Positions 19,843 to 28,270 of a stretch of DNA of 64,000 nucleotides are shown here, piece by piece. The notes beneath the pieces were generated by a model. That model ran no database searches, had not been told where the DNA came from, and was given only the letters and a program-made list of their open reading frames with translations. Source of the DNA: Microthrixaceae bacterium (GTDB lineage: Bacteria > Actinomycetota > Acidimicrobiia > Acidimicrobiales > Microtrichaceae); the NCBI GenBank assembly GCA_037045265.1, contig JBAOHV010000004.1, positions 186,328-250,327 of the forward strand, given 5' to 3'. The stretch's first letter is position 1; each line of letters begins with the position of its first letter. The translations under genes and the position numbers were made by a program.

Positions 19843-20535
19843 ATGGTCGACGAGACAGCCGAAGGGGTCCACGACGATGGTGCTGCCACCTCGGAGCGGA
19901 CGACTGTTCGACGCGGGACGCCGCGGGCTCGCTACGACCGCGGCACGATCGTCGGTGTACTCGACTCCGCTCTCGTCGCCCACGTCGGCGTCGACACCCC
20001 CCAGGGCCCGCTGGTGCTCCCCATGGCCTACGGCCACGACGGCGAGACCATGTACCTCCACGGTGCTGCGGCCAACTCGCTGCTCGGGGCCGGCGCCGAC
20101 GCTGAGATCTGCGCGACGGTGACCCTCATCGACTCGTTGGTGCTGGCCCGCAGCGCGTTCCACAACTCGATGAACTACCGGTGCGTCGTGATCCGAGGCA
20201 GAGGCCGACGGGTCGACGACCCTGTCGAGCACGAGCATGCGCTGCGGTTGATCTCGGACCATGTGGTCGCCACCTGGGACCACGGCCGTGCACCCTCGAC
20301 CTCGGAGATGCGGCGCACCTTCGTGCTGGCGTTGCCGCTCGACGAGGCTTCGGCGAAGGTACGTACTGGCGACCCGGTGGACGAACCCGAGGATGTCGGC
20401 GGGCCCCACTGGGCAGGCACGGTCGCGGTCCGGACAGTGTTCGGCCGGCCCGTCCCCGCCGCGGACATGCCCGAGGGAACTCCCGTGCCGGTGCCCGTGC
20501 AGCGCACCTTCGGGAACTCCGGGTCCTCGGCCTAA
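19843..20535 (+). CDS. pyridoxamine 5'-phosphate oxidase-family (flavin-binding split-barrel) protein
   Basis: RRGTPRARYDRGTIVGVLDSALVAHVGV...PLVLPMAYGHDGETMYLHGAAANS... matches the PNPOx-like family pattern. Confidence 0.7.
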   Translation: MVDETAEGVHDDGAATSERTTVRRGTPRARYDRGTIVGVLDSALVAHVGVDTPQGPLVLPMAYGHDGETMYLHGAAANSLLGAGADAEICATVTLIDSLVLARSAFHNSMNYRCVVIRGRGRRVDDPVEHEHALRLISDHVVATWDHGRAPSTSEMRRTFVLALPLDEASAKVRTGDPVDEPEDVGGPHWAGTVAVRTVFGRPVPAADMPEGTPVPVPVQRTFGNSGSSA

Positions 20536-21215
20536 TCGCAATGATCCGCTGCCCGGTCGGTGGTTCCGCCGTCCGGGTAGTCGCCGATGTTCCCGTTCGG
20601 CAGCCGGGGCACGACGAATCGGCGCCACAGCACGAACAGGACCAACCCGACGATGCCAACGATCACCGCTCCCTGGAGCAGCCCCACAAGGTCGCCGACC
20701 TTCTTCCACCGATCGCCGAGCACAGCCCCTGCGCCGATCAGCGCCGTGTTCCACAGGAGGCTGCCCAGGGCGGTGAGCAAGGTGAAGCGCGCAAGCGGCA
20801 TCCGTCGGAAACCGGCCGGCACCGACACCACCGAACGGATCAACGGCACACAGCGACCGATCAGGACGGCGGTCCCCGCACGGCGGTCGAACCAGTCCTC
20901 GGCACGACGGAGGTCGCGTTCCTTCACCCCGAACCACCTGCCGCGACGCACGACGAAGGCGTGAAGACGAACCGGGCCGACAGCCGCGGACGCTCCGTAC
21001 AGAGCCCATGCCCCGACGACCGAACCGGCAGTGGCCGCGGCGATCATGCCGACGAGCGAGGCATCTCCCTCGCCCGCGACGAAGCCGGCCAAGGGAAGGA
21101 TCACCTCCGAGGGAATCGGCGGAAACACGTTCTCGAGCGCCACGAGGAACGCGACACCCACGTAGCCGAGGGCCTCCACGACGGTGGTGACCCATCCGGC
21201 GATGTCGTCGAGCAT
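20532..21215 (-). CDS. DedA-family membrane protein
   Basis: ALGYVGVAFLVALENVFPPIPSEVILPLAGFVAG...GRCVPLIRSVVSVPAG, classic DedA/SNARE-associated motifs. Confidence 0.85.
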   Translation of the reverse strand: MLDDIAGWVTTVVEALGYVGVAFLVALENVFPPIPSEVILPLAGFVAGEGDASLVGMIAAATAGSVVGAWALYGASAAVGPVRLHAFVVRRGRWFGVKERDLRRAEDWFDRRAGTAVLIGRCVPLIRSVVSVPAGFRRMPLARFTLLTALGSLLWNTALIGAGAVLGDRWKKVGDLVGLLQGAVIVGIVGLVLFVLWRRFVVPRLPNGNIGDYPDGGTTDRAADHCD

Positions 21216-21280
21216 CTGGAGCCCTCCGACCGGTCAGCTATCCGGTGATGCGGCGCGCCACCCCCGGAAGGGGCAGCTGC

Positions 21281-21865
21281 TCAGGCTCGCCACGAGACCT
21301 GGTCGACGATGTAGATCGTGGCGTTGTTCACCTGGATGGGACCGCAGACGACCTTGGCACCGTTGATGGTTAGCTCGTCCTCACCGTCGTCGATCATCAG
21401 CTTCTCGCCCGACAACGAAGTCACCGAGCCCGCCTCCGCCAACGCGTCGAGCGACTCTTCGCCCTCGACGACGTGCGAGCTGAGGAGCTCGTCGACCTGC
21501 TCGGGATCCGCGAGCAGCGAGTCGAGCTCACCGGCGGGGATCTGGCCGAACGCGGCGTTCGACGGCGCGAACACCGTGTAGGGGCCCTCCCCCTCCAGGG
21601 TCGAGGCCACCTCGGCGCCTGCCGATGCCGAGTTGAGGGTCGTGAGCAGCTGGGACTGCGCTATCGCTTCGGTCGCTGTCACCGTGGACATCGCCCCGAG
21701 GCTGCCCGGACCCTCGCCCGGGATCGAGCCGCACAGCGATCCGGACGGCGCGCTTGCGGACTCACCCTGCTGTACGTTCTCGTCGTCGCTCGAGCACCCT
21801 GTCGCGGCGAGGGCCACGACCAGGCCAACGGCCACCAGCGTCAGTCGGGATCGAGTCGTCCGCAT
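21281..21865 (-). CDS. fasciclin (FAS1) domain lipoprotein
   Basis: Lipobox LAATGCSS. FAS1 signature TVFAPSNAAFGQIP...LLSSHVV...TINGAKVV...NATIYIVDQV. Confidence 0.85.
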   Translation of the reverse strand: MRTTRSRLTLVAVGLVVALAATGCSSDDENVQQGESASAPSGSLCGSIPGEGPGSLGAMSTVTATEAIAQSQLLTTLNSASAGAEVASTLEGEGPYTVFAPSNAAFGQIPAGELDSLLADPEQVDELLSSHVVEGEESLDALAEAGSVTSLSGEKLMIDDGEDELTINGAKVVCGPIQVNNATIYIVDQVSWRA

Positions 21866-21994
21866 TCGGTTGCTCCTTGGGTCGGGTTAGAGCCGTAGCT
21901 CGAGTCGGGGACTTTCCGGGCCGGTGGATTCCGCTCGCCCGGGCGCACCACAGCATGCCTCGTCCGGGCGCCGGGGACCGATTCGGGACGGACC

Positions 21995-22954
21995 TCAGAC
22001 AGGCTCTGCACGTCGACGTGCCACCTCGTAACAGGCGACCGCACCGGCCGACGCCACGTTCAGGGACGCGAGCCTGCCGTGCAGCGGGATCGAGGCAACG
22101 AGGTCGCATCGCTGGCGTACGAGTCGTGAGAGGCCCTTGCCTTCGGCTCCGAGCACGAGACACACGCCCTCCGCGGCGACAGTCAACTTGTGGACCGGCG
22201 TGTCACCACCGGCGTCGAGGCCCACCACCCAGACCCCGGCGGCACGCATCGCTTCGATCGCTGTCGGCAGTCCCCCGACCAGCGCCATCGGCAGGTACTC
22301 GACGGCACCGGCCGCCGTCTTGGTGACCGTCGGGGTCACGTGCACCGCACGATGGCGGGGCAGGACTATCCCGGTCGCGCCCGCACACTCGGCGATCCGG
22401 AGCAGGGCACCCAGGTTCCCGGGGTCGGTGACGCCGTCGACCGCCAGCAGGAACGGAGTCGCCCCGTCATCGCCCGGTGCGCACAGCTCCTCCAGCGTCG
22501 ATTCGGGAAGCTCGGCCGCACGGGCCACGACCCCCTGAGGAGCGTCGGTGTGACTCAGAGCGTCCAACTTGGAGCGCCCGACCTCGGTCACCGGGACCCT
22601 CAGCTCGGCCGCCAACTCCACTATGTCGGTGACTATGTCGGCGCGGTCGGTCTCGGCCGACAGCAGGATCTCGTGGGTCCGGCGTCGCCCTGCCAGCAGG
22701 AGCTCACGAACGGCCTGGCGCCCCTCGACCTGAGTGCCGCCCAATCCACGCTCACGTATCGCCGAGCCCCTGTTGACACTGCGACCTGAACGATCGGCAC
22801 CTCCGCGATCAGCACCACCGCGGCCACCGGAGCTACGACCACCCTGCTGACGACTGCCCTGCTGACGGCCGCCCTGCTGACGGCCGCCCTGCTGACGGCC
22901 ACCCTGCTGACGGCCGCCCTGCTGACGGCCGCCCTGCCCCGATCGAGCACTCAT
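21995..22954 (-). CDS. rlmB: 23S rRNA (guanosine-2'-O)-methyltransferase RlmB (TrmH/SpoU family) with N-terminal GGRQQ-repeat tail
   Basis: Start MSARSGQ overlaps the ispF stop (ATGA). SpoU motifs LLAVDGVTDPGNLGALLRIAECAG, LVLGAEGKGLS, IPLHGRLASLNVASAGAV. Confidence 0.85.
   Translation of the reverse strand: MSARSGQGGRQQGGRQQGGRQQGGRQQGGRQQGSRQQGGRSSGGRGGADRGGADRSGRSVNRGSAIRERGLGGTQVEGRQAVRELLLAGRRRTHEILLSAETDRADIVTDIVELAAELRVPVTEVGRSKLDALSHTDAPQGVVARAAELPESTLEELCAPGDDGATPFLLAVDGVTDPGNLGALLRIAECAGATGIVLPRHRAVHVTPTVTKTAAGAVEYLPMALVGGLPTAIEAMRAAGVWVVGLDAGGDTPVHKLTVAAEGVCLVLGAEGKGLSRLVRQRCDLVASIPLHGRLASLNVASAGAVACYEVARRRAEPV
22841..22930. repeat. 6 x 15-nt near-perfect tandem repeat (CCCTGCTGACGGCCG), coding for (GGRQQ)n in RlmB
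   Basis: Units at 22841, 22856, 22871, 22886, 22901 and 22916, with only 3 variant bases overall. Confidence 0.9.
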
Positions 22955-23439
22955 CGGTCGACCTCGATCGCCATCAGCAGAGACGAGGCGGTACATGCGA
23001 TCCCCTCTGCACGCCCGAGTCCACCGATACCCTCGGCCCGACGCCCCTTCACGGTCACCGGTGCGCCCACCACCGCACTGAGGCGCTCCTGCATCGACTC
23101 CTTGTGTGGAGCGAGCTTCGGCTTCTCGGCGATCACCGAGCAGTCGACGTTGACCACCACCCAGCCCGCTTCTCGCGCCCTCGCCACGCACTCTGCGAGC
23201 AGGGTCATGCTGTCGGCACCACGCCAGCGTTCATCGGTGTCGGGGAAAAGCGTGCCGATGTCCTCCAGACCAGCGGCGCCGAGCAGCGACTCGGCGACCG
23301 CATGAGCGACCACATCCGCGTCGGAATGGCCGTGCAACCCCGTCTCATCGGCGATGGTCACCCCGCCGAGCACAAGGGGGCGCGAAGAGTCGTCGGAGAA
23401 GCGGTGGATGTCGTACCCGTTGCCGATGCGATAGCTCAC
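22951..23439 (-). CDS. ispF: 2-C-methyl-D-erythritol 2,4-cyclodiphosphate synthase
   Basis: IGNGYDIHRF...LGGVTIADETGLHGHSDADVVAHAV... Confidence 0.95.
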   Translation of the reverse strand: MSYRIGNGYDIHRFSDDSSRPLVLGGVTIADETGLHGHSDADVVAHAVAESLLGAAGLEDIGTLFPDTDERWRGADSMTLLAECVARAREAGWVVVNVDCSVIAEKPKLAPHKESMQERLSAVVGAPVTVKGRRAEGIGGLGRAEGIACTASSLLMAIEVDR

Positions 23440-24119
23440 GACGACGAGTCTGCTGCGTCATCGGAGTCCGCTGCGAGCCAGGCGGAAGCAATCACCCGGT
23501 CCGCTGGATCAGTGAGCTTGAGGTTCCGACGTTCCCCGACGACCAGGGCGACGGAGACACCGACAGCTTCGACCAGTCCGGCGTCATCGCTGGCATCGGG
23601 GAGATCGGAGTGGACCCGACGAAGCGTCGATGCCTCGAAGCCCTGCGGCGTCTGCACCGCCCGCAGGGAATCACGGTCCACCACTCCGCCATAGATGGAG
23701 CGGATCGTGTCCACCACGGGCACCACGGGCACCACGGCTTCCGACCCCGATCTGACGGCGTCGATCACGCGTCGGAACAGCGCTTCTGACGCGAGCGGCC
23801 TGGCGGCGTCGTGGACGAGCATGATCGTCGCTTCAGCTGGCACCACGGCGAGCCCCGACCGCACTGACTCCGAGCGGGTCGCGCCGCCCACCACCACCAG
23901 GTCAGCAGACGGGACATCACAGACCGGGGCGCCCTCGTCGTCGGCCGGAACGACCGCAACCACCCTGGCGCCCGCTTCGCGCGCAGCGTCGACGCTCCGG
24001 TCGATCACCCGTCGCCCTTCGAGCAGCTCGAACTGCTTGGCCCCACCCCAACGCCGCCCCGACCCCCCTGCCACGACGATGCACCACACGTCGCTGGCAG
24101 GTGCGGCGGGATCGGACAT
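23436..24119 (-). CDS. ispD: 2-C-methyl-D-erythritol 4-phosphate cytidylyltransferase
   Basis: [30 protein letters not shown]...VHDAARP...VQTPQGF. 4-nt overlap with ispF. The upstream part of the 309-aa ORF is rejected. Confidence 0.9.
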   Translation of the reverse strand: MSDPAAPASDVWCIVVAGGSGRRWGGAKQFELLEGRRVIDRSVDAAREAGARVVAVVPADDEGAPVCDVPSADLVVVGGATRSESVRSGLAVVPAEATIMLVHDAARPLASEALFRRVIDAVRSGSEAVVPVVPVVDTIRSIYGGVVDRDSLRAVQTPQGFEASTLRRVHSDLPDASDDAGLVEAVGVSVALVVGERRNLKLTDPADRVIASAWLAADSDDAADSSS

Positions 24120-24181
24120 CGGACGAACGCTACCCCCGCGCTGCCACATCGAGACCGAAGTCACCCGCTCATGTCGATACG

Positions 24182-24850
24182 ATGCTCGGCGTGACGGACC
24201 TCGATCTCCTGCAAGCCATCGACCTGTTCGACCAGTTCGACGACGACGACTTCCGGCAGTTGGCCGATGCAGCGGAACCGATCGAGCTGATCCGCTCCGA
24301 CGTGGTGTTCGCTGAAGGTTCCGAAGCCGACGCCTGCTACATCGTCGTACAGGGGCGGGTCGCAATCTCCAACAAGTCCTTCGACGGACGCGAGTCGATG
24401 TTCGCGATCATGGAGCGAGGGGATCTGTTCGGCGAGATGGGGCTGTTCGACGGGCTGGGTCGCTCGGCCGAGGCGCGTGCGCTCGAGTCGTCGTCGGTCC
24501 TGAGGCTCCCCTACGACGTGCTGCGCAGCGTCTGGGAGACCAAGCCGGAGCTGCTCTGGTCGGTGGTGCGCCTGCTGAGCCAGCGGATCCGCTCCACCGA
24601 CGAGGCCCTGGCCGACGCGTTCTTCCTCGACGTCACCGGCCGCACGGCTAAGCACCTGCTGGAGCTCGCCGGCGACACGGACGAGTTCGAGATCCCGATC
24701 ACCCAGGAGGAACTCGCCGGTCTGGTGGGAGCTTCACGGGAGCGGGTCAACAAGGCGATCGCCAGCTTCCTGCGCCTGGGGTGGATCGAGCAGCACGAGA
24801 GGTCCTACAAGATCCTGAAGCGCCGCGAGCTGGAGATCCGCTCGCAGTGA
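24182..24850 (+). CDS. Crp/Fnr-family transcriptional regulator
   Basis: cNMP-binding domain (FAEGSEADACYIVVQGRVAIS...GDLFGEMGLFD...RSAEARA) plus C-terminal HTH (TQEELAGLVGASRERVNKAI). Divergent from ispD. Confidence 0.85.
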   Translation: MLGVTDLDLLQAIDLFDQFDDDDFRQLADAAEPIELIRSDVVFAEGSEADACYIVVQGRVAISNKSFDGRESMFAIMERGDLFGEMGLFDGLGRSAEARALESSSVLRLPYDVLRSVWETKPELLWSVVRLLSQRIRSTDEALADAFFLDVTGRTAKHLLELAGDTDEFEIPITQEELAGLVGASRERVNKAIASFLRLGWIEQHERSYKILKRRELEIRSQ

Positions 24851-24880
24851 GCCGACCACCTCGGCGGGTCGAACGATGAC

Positions 24881-25957
24881 TCAGCTCTTGTAACGCTCGA
24901 GGATGCTGGTCTCGGCGATGCGCGACAACGCTGCCTTGATCGTCTCGGCCCAGTGCTCAGTGACACCATCGACCGCGGCCAGCTCTGCGACCGTAGATCG
25001 GCTGATCGGGTTGAGCGTAGAGAAGTGAGCGACCAGACCCTGAGCGACAGCAGCGGGCAGCCGGGGGATCTTGGAGAGCATCCGGAAACCACGTGGCTCG
25101 ATCGGAGCGTCGAGATCGTCGGTCTGACCCGACAGATGGAGGCTGTGCACGACCTCCTCGGCGTCCAGCAGCTCATCGATCGTCAGGTCCGACAGCGTGT
25201 CGATCGCCTGCTCCAGATCCCACGACGCGTCGGCCTGCACGTAGTCGCGCACGACCTGGCGTCGCTCATCCTCGACACCGGCGAGGAGCTCGCGCAGCTG
25301 TAGGCGGACGAGTCGGCCGTCTGTGCCGAGCTCGGTCAGGTACTGCTCGATCTCCTCGGAGATGCGGGCCACCAGCTCGGCCCTCTGGAGCAACGTGACC
25401 ACGTCACGCAGGGTGACCATGTCATGGATCTCGAGTGTGGTCAGGTTGGCGGACACCTCGTCGAGCCGAGTGCGGTACCGCTCGAGCGTCTGCAGCGCCT
25501 GGTTGCAGCGACCCAGGATCGCGGGGATCGACTCGAGCTGGTAGCGCTCGTTCTTCGTGTAGACGGTCAGAACCGCCATGTCCTCGGAGACGGAGATGAC
25601 AGGAACGCCGATCGAGCGCGCGACGCGTTCAGCTGTGCGGTGCCTCGTGCCGGTCTCCTCGGTCGGAACGTTCGGGTTGGGCATCAGGTGCACGTTGGCG
25701 CGCGCGATGTAGCCGGCATCGGGTGTCAGCACGATCGCACCGTCGGTCTTGGCCAGCTCCGACAGACGCTGCGGCGAGAACGACGCGTTCACGAGGAACC
25801 CGCCGGAGGAGATGTTGAGCACTTCGGGCCCGTCGCCGATGACGATCAGCGCACCCATGCCGGCCTTGACGATCCGGTCCAGGCCCTCTCGCAGCGGGCG
25901 GCCGGGAGCCACCGCCGCGAGCGCGCTGAGCAGCTCCTTGCTGTGACGCTCGGTCAT
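24881..25957 (-). CDS. disA: DNA integrity scanning protein DisA (diadenylate cyclase)
   Basis: MTERHSKELLSALAAVAPGRPLREGLDRIVKAGMGALIVIGD...DGAIVL...GTRHRTAER... with a C-terminal HhH region. Lies downstream of radA as usual. Confidence 0.9.
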   Translation of the reverse strand: MTERHSKELLSALAAVAPGRPLREGLDRIVKAGMGALIVIGDGPEVLNISSGGFLVNASFSPQRLSELAKTDGAIVLTPDAGYIARANVHLMPNPNVPTEETGTRHRTAERVARSIGVPVISVSEDMAVLTVYTKNERYQLESIPAILGRCNQALQTLERYRTRLDEVSANLTTLEIHDMVTLRDVVTLLQRAELVARISEEIEQYLTELGTDGRLVRLQLRELLAGVEDERRQVVRDYVQADASWDLEQAIDTLSDLTIDELLDAEEVVHSLHLSGQTDDLDAPIEPRGFRMLSKIPRLPAAVAQGLVAHFSTLNPISRSTVAELAAVDGVTEHWAETIKAALSRIAETSILERYKS

Positions 25958-26006
25958 CTGCGGCGCCCCTTCCACCGGAACATCGGCACAGTCTAGGTGG
26001 ACCCGG

Positions 26007-27362
26007 TCAGCTCCGGCGCAGGTCCGCCAGATCGAGCGCCGCGGCGAGCGTCGGCACACGCAGCAACTCGATCGGAGCGTCGATCTTCGGAGCGGACCGT
26101 GGGACCACTGCAGTCGTGAACCCGAGCCGTGAGGCCTCGGCCAGCCGACGCTCGATGCGCCCCACCTGACGAAGCTCGCCTCCCAACCCGACCTCGCCGC
26201 AAGCCACGGTCGTGGCAGCGATCGGCCGACCGACGAACGACGACGCCAGGGCCATGCACAGGGCCAGATCGGCACCGGGTTCGACCACCCGCGCGCCGCC
26301 CACTGCCATCGCGTAGACGTCCAGGGCTCCTATTGGGAGCTGCGCATGGCGGTCCAGGACGGCCAGGAGCAACGAGAGCCTTCCTGAGTCCAGACCCTGT
26401 GCCGACCGGCGGGGCTGGCTCAACGTCGACTGGGCGACGAGCGTCTGCACCTCGACCAGGATCGGACGGTGACCCTCGAGCGCAGGGGTCACCACCGCCC
26501 CTGGAACTCCAGGCCGGCGATCACCGAGGAAGAGCCCCGAAGGATCCGGCACTGGTTCCAGTCCCGACCCGGCCATGGCGAACAGGCCGAGCTCCTCGGT
26601 AGATCCGAAGCGGTGCTTCTGGGCCCGCAACAGTCGCAGCGCGTGGTGACGATCGCCCTCGAACGAGAGGACGGTGTCGACCACGTGTTCGAGCACCCGC
26701 GGTCCGGCGAGTTGGCCTTCTTTCGTCACGTGACCCACTAGCACGACCGTCGTGCCCGATGCCTTGGCGGCCTGCACGAGCTGGTGGGCACATTCACGCA
26801 CCTGGGTCACCGAACCAGGTGCCGAGCTGTACTGCGGGTCCTGCAGCGTCTGGACCGAATCGACGACGCAGATCTCGGGGCGCACCTGCTCCAGGTGCGA
26901 CAGGACGTGCGGCAGGGAGGTCTCGGCCGCGAGAAGGAGTCGGTCGGACAATGCACCGAGACGATCGGCACGCAGCCTCACCTGGTCTGCCGACTCCTCA
27001 CCGGTGACGTACAGCACGGTCGCACCGGCACGGGCACGGGCACCCATGAGTTGAAGCACCAGGGTGGACTTGCCCACCCCGGGCTCACCGCCGACCAGGG
27101 TGACGCTGCCAGGCACCAGCCCGCCGCCGAGCACCCGGTCCACCTCGGCTATTCCGGTCGGAACCGGTCGGCCGTCGGTGGACCGCACCGCGGTTATCGG
27201 CACAGGCGGAGTTGCGGTCCGAGTCAGGACGGCGGCCGGGCTCGGGGCGTCGAGCTCCTCGGCGAGGGTGTTCCACTCGCTGCAGGCGCTGCACTGCCCC
27301 GACCACTTTGGGGCACCCGCTCCGCAGCTCATGCACCTGAAGACGGTCCTGATCCTGGCCAT
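26007..27362 (-). CDS. radA: DNA repair protein RadA/Sms
   Basis: Zinc ribbon FRCMSCGAGAPKWSGQCSACSEWNT. Walker A GGEPGVGKSTL. KNRFG-like QKHRFG. Lon-like C-terminus. Confidence 0.95.
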   Translation of the reverse strand: MARIRTVFRCMSCGAGAPKWSGQCSACSEWNTLAEELDAPSPAAVLTRTATPPVPITAVRSTDGRPVPTGIAEVDRVLGGGLVPGSVTLVGGEPGVGKSTLVLQLMGARARAGATVLYVTGEESADQVRLRADRLGALSDRLLLAAETSLPHVLSHLEQVRPEICVVDSVQTLQDPQYSSAPGSVTQVRECAHQLVQAAKASGTTVVLVGHVTKEGQLAGPRVLEHVVDTVLSFEGDRHHALRLLRAQKHRFGSTEELGLFAMAGSGLEPVPDPSGLFLGDRRPGVPGAVVTPALEGHRPILVEVQTLVAQSTLSQPRRSAQGLDSGRLSLLLAVLDRHAQLPIGALDVYAMAVGGARVVEPGADLALCMALASSFVGRPIAATTVACGEVGLGGELRQVGRIERRLAEASRLGFTTAVVPRSAPKIDAPIELLRVPTLAAALDLADLRRS

Positions 27363-27415
27363 GCCGACACCCTACGGGCGCGCACCGACAGTGAAGATCG
27401 ACACTGCCGGGGAGC

Positions 27416-28174
27416 TCATCCCCGGCGCCGGACCATACCGATCACGACCAGTACCGCTGCGCTCACGATGCACAGCGCGCCGAGCGCGCCCAGCAGCCGG
27501 GTCCGTCCGGACGAGGTGGAGCTCACTGCCGTGAGCTGCTCGGAGGTGGGCTCGCCACCGCTCAGCGGGAACGACCATCGAGAGGCACCGTCGAACACCT
27601 CGCCGTTCGTCTCGGGTTCGCCACCGGGCAGCTCGACGACAACGTCCAGAACCATGGCACCGGGATCTGCGGCGCCTTCCAGGGCGAGCTCCTCAGGGGT
27701 ACGGGCCAAGGGCAGCCCTTCGAGGACATCGGTCAGCGCCTCGTCGCCGAACTGCTCGGGGTTGCCGGTCAGCTCCACCTGCGCCGAGAAGTCGTAGGTG
27801 GTGCTTCCGAGCCCATCGTCGACAGTGAGCCCGACCTCACGGAACACCCCGTCCTTGCCGCCGATCTCATCGAGCACCGGAGCCAGATCCTCCGGCGACG
27901 CGAACGGCCGCTCGGCCCGGAGCTCCAGCCCGCTGTCCGACGCCAGTGGTGTGTCCAGCTTCCAGCCGGCTTCGACCAGATCGGCCATCTGCAGTGCGGT
28001 GCCAGGGTCTCCCAGCCGACGCGCTGCTTCTGGGTCCAACCGGACGGTCACGACCACCACGCCCGATCCGTCCTCTTCGACTTCCACAGCAACCTCGCCG
28101 CGCACCTCACACGCGCCGAGCAGCAGCGCCGCGAGCACGACGAGCAACGACCATATGAGCTGGCGGCGCGGCAC
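27416..28174 (-). CDS. hypothetical lipoprotein with C-terminal TM anchor
   Basis: GTG start. Signal plus lipobox LLLGAC. Acidic extracytoplasmic domain. C-terminal LLGALGALCIVSAAVLVVIGMVRRRG. Confidence 0.6.
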   Translation of the reverse strand: MPRRQLIWSLLVVLAALLLGACEVRGEVAVEVEEDGSGVVVVTVRLDPEAARRLGDPGTALQMADLVEAGWKLDTPLASDSGLELRAERPFASPEDLAPVLDEIGGKDGVFREVGLTVDDGLGSTTYDFSAQVELTGNPEQFGDEALTDVLEGLPLARTPEELALEGAADPGAMVLDVVVELPGGEPETNGEVFDGASRWSFPLSGGEPTSEQLTAVSSTSSGRTRLLGALGALCIVSAAVLVVIGMVRRRG

Positions 28175-28203
28175 GGGAGCGAGGCTATCTCCGGACAGCG
28201 ACA

Positions 28204-28228
28204 GGGGCCGACCCGGTGGGTCGGCCCC
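28204..28228 (-). terminator. hairpin downstream of clpC (11-bp stem, 3-nt loop)
   Basis: GGGGCCGACCC ggt GGGTCGGCCCC, 43 nt past the clpC stop. Confidence 0.5.
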
Positions 28229-28270
28229 GTGCAGATCGGACTCGCCGCGACTGGCTAACGACCGGTCGTG

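Noticed and set aside
19777-21195. 472-aa minus-strand ORF spanning the PNPOx and DedA loci
   Set aside because: It overlaps two well-supported genes (a PNPOx-like gene on the plus strand, and DedA in another minus-strand frame) and has shadow-ORF composition.
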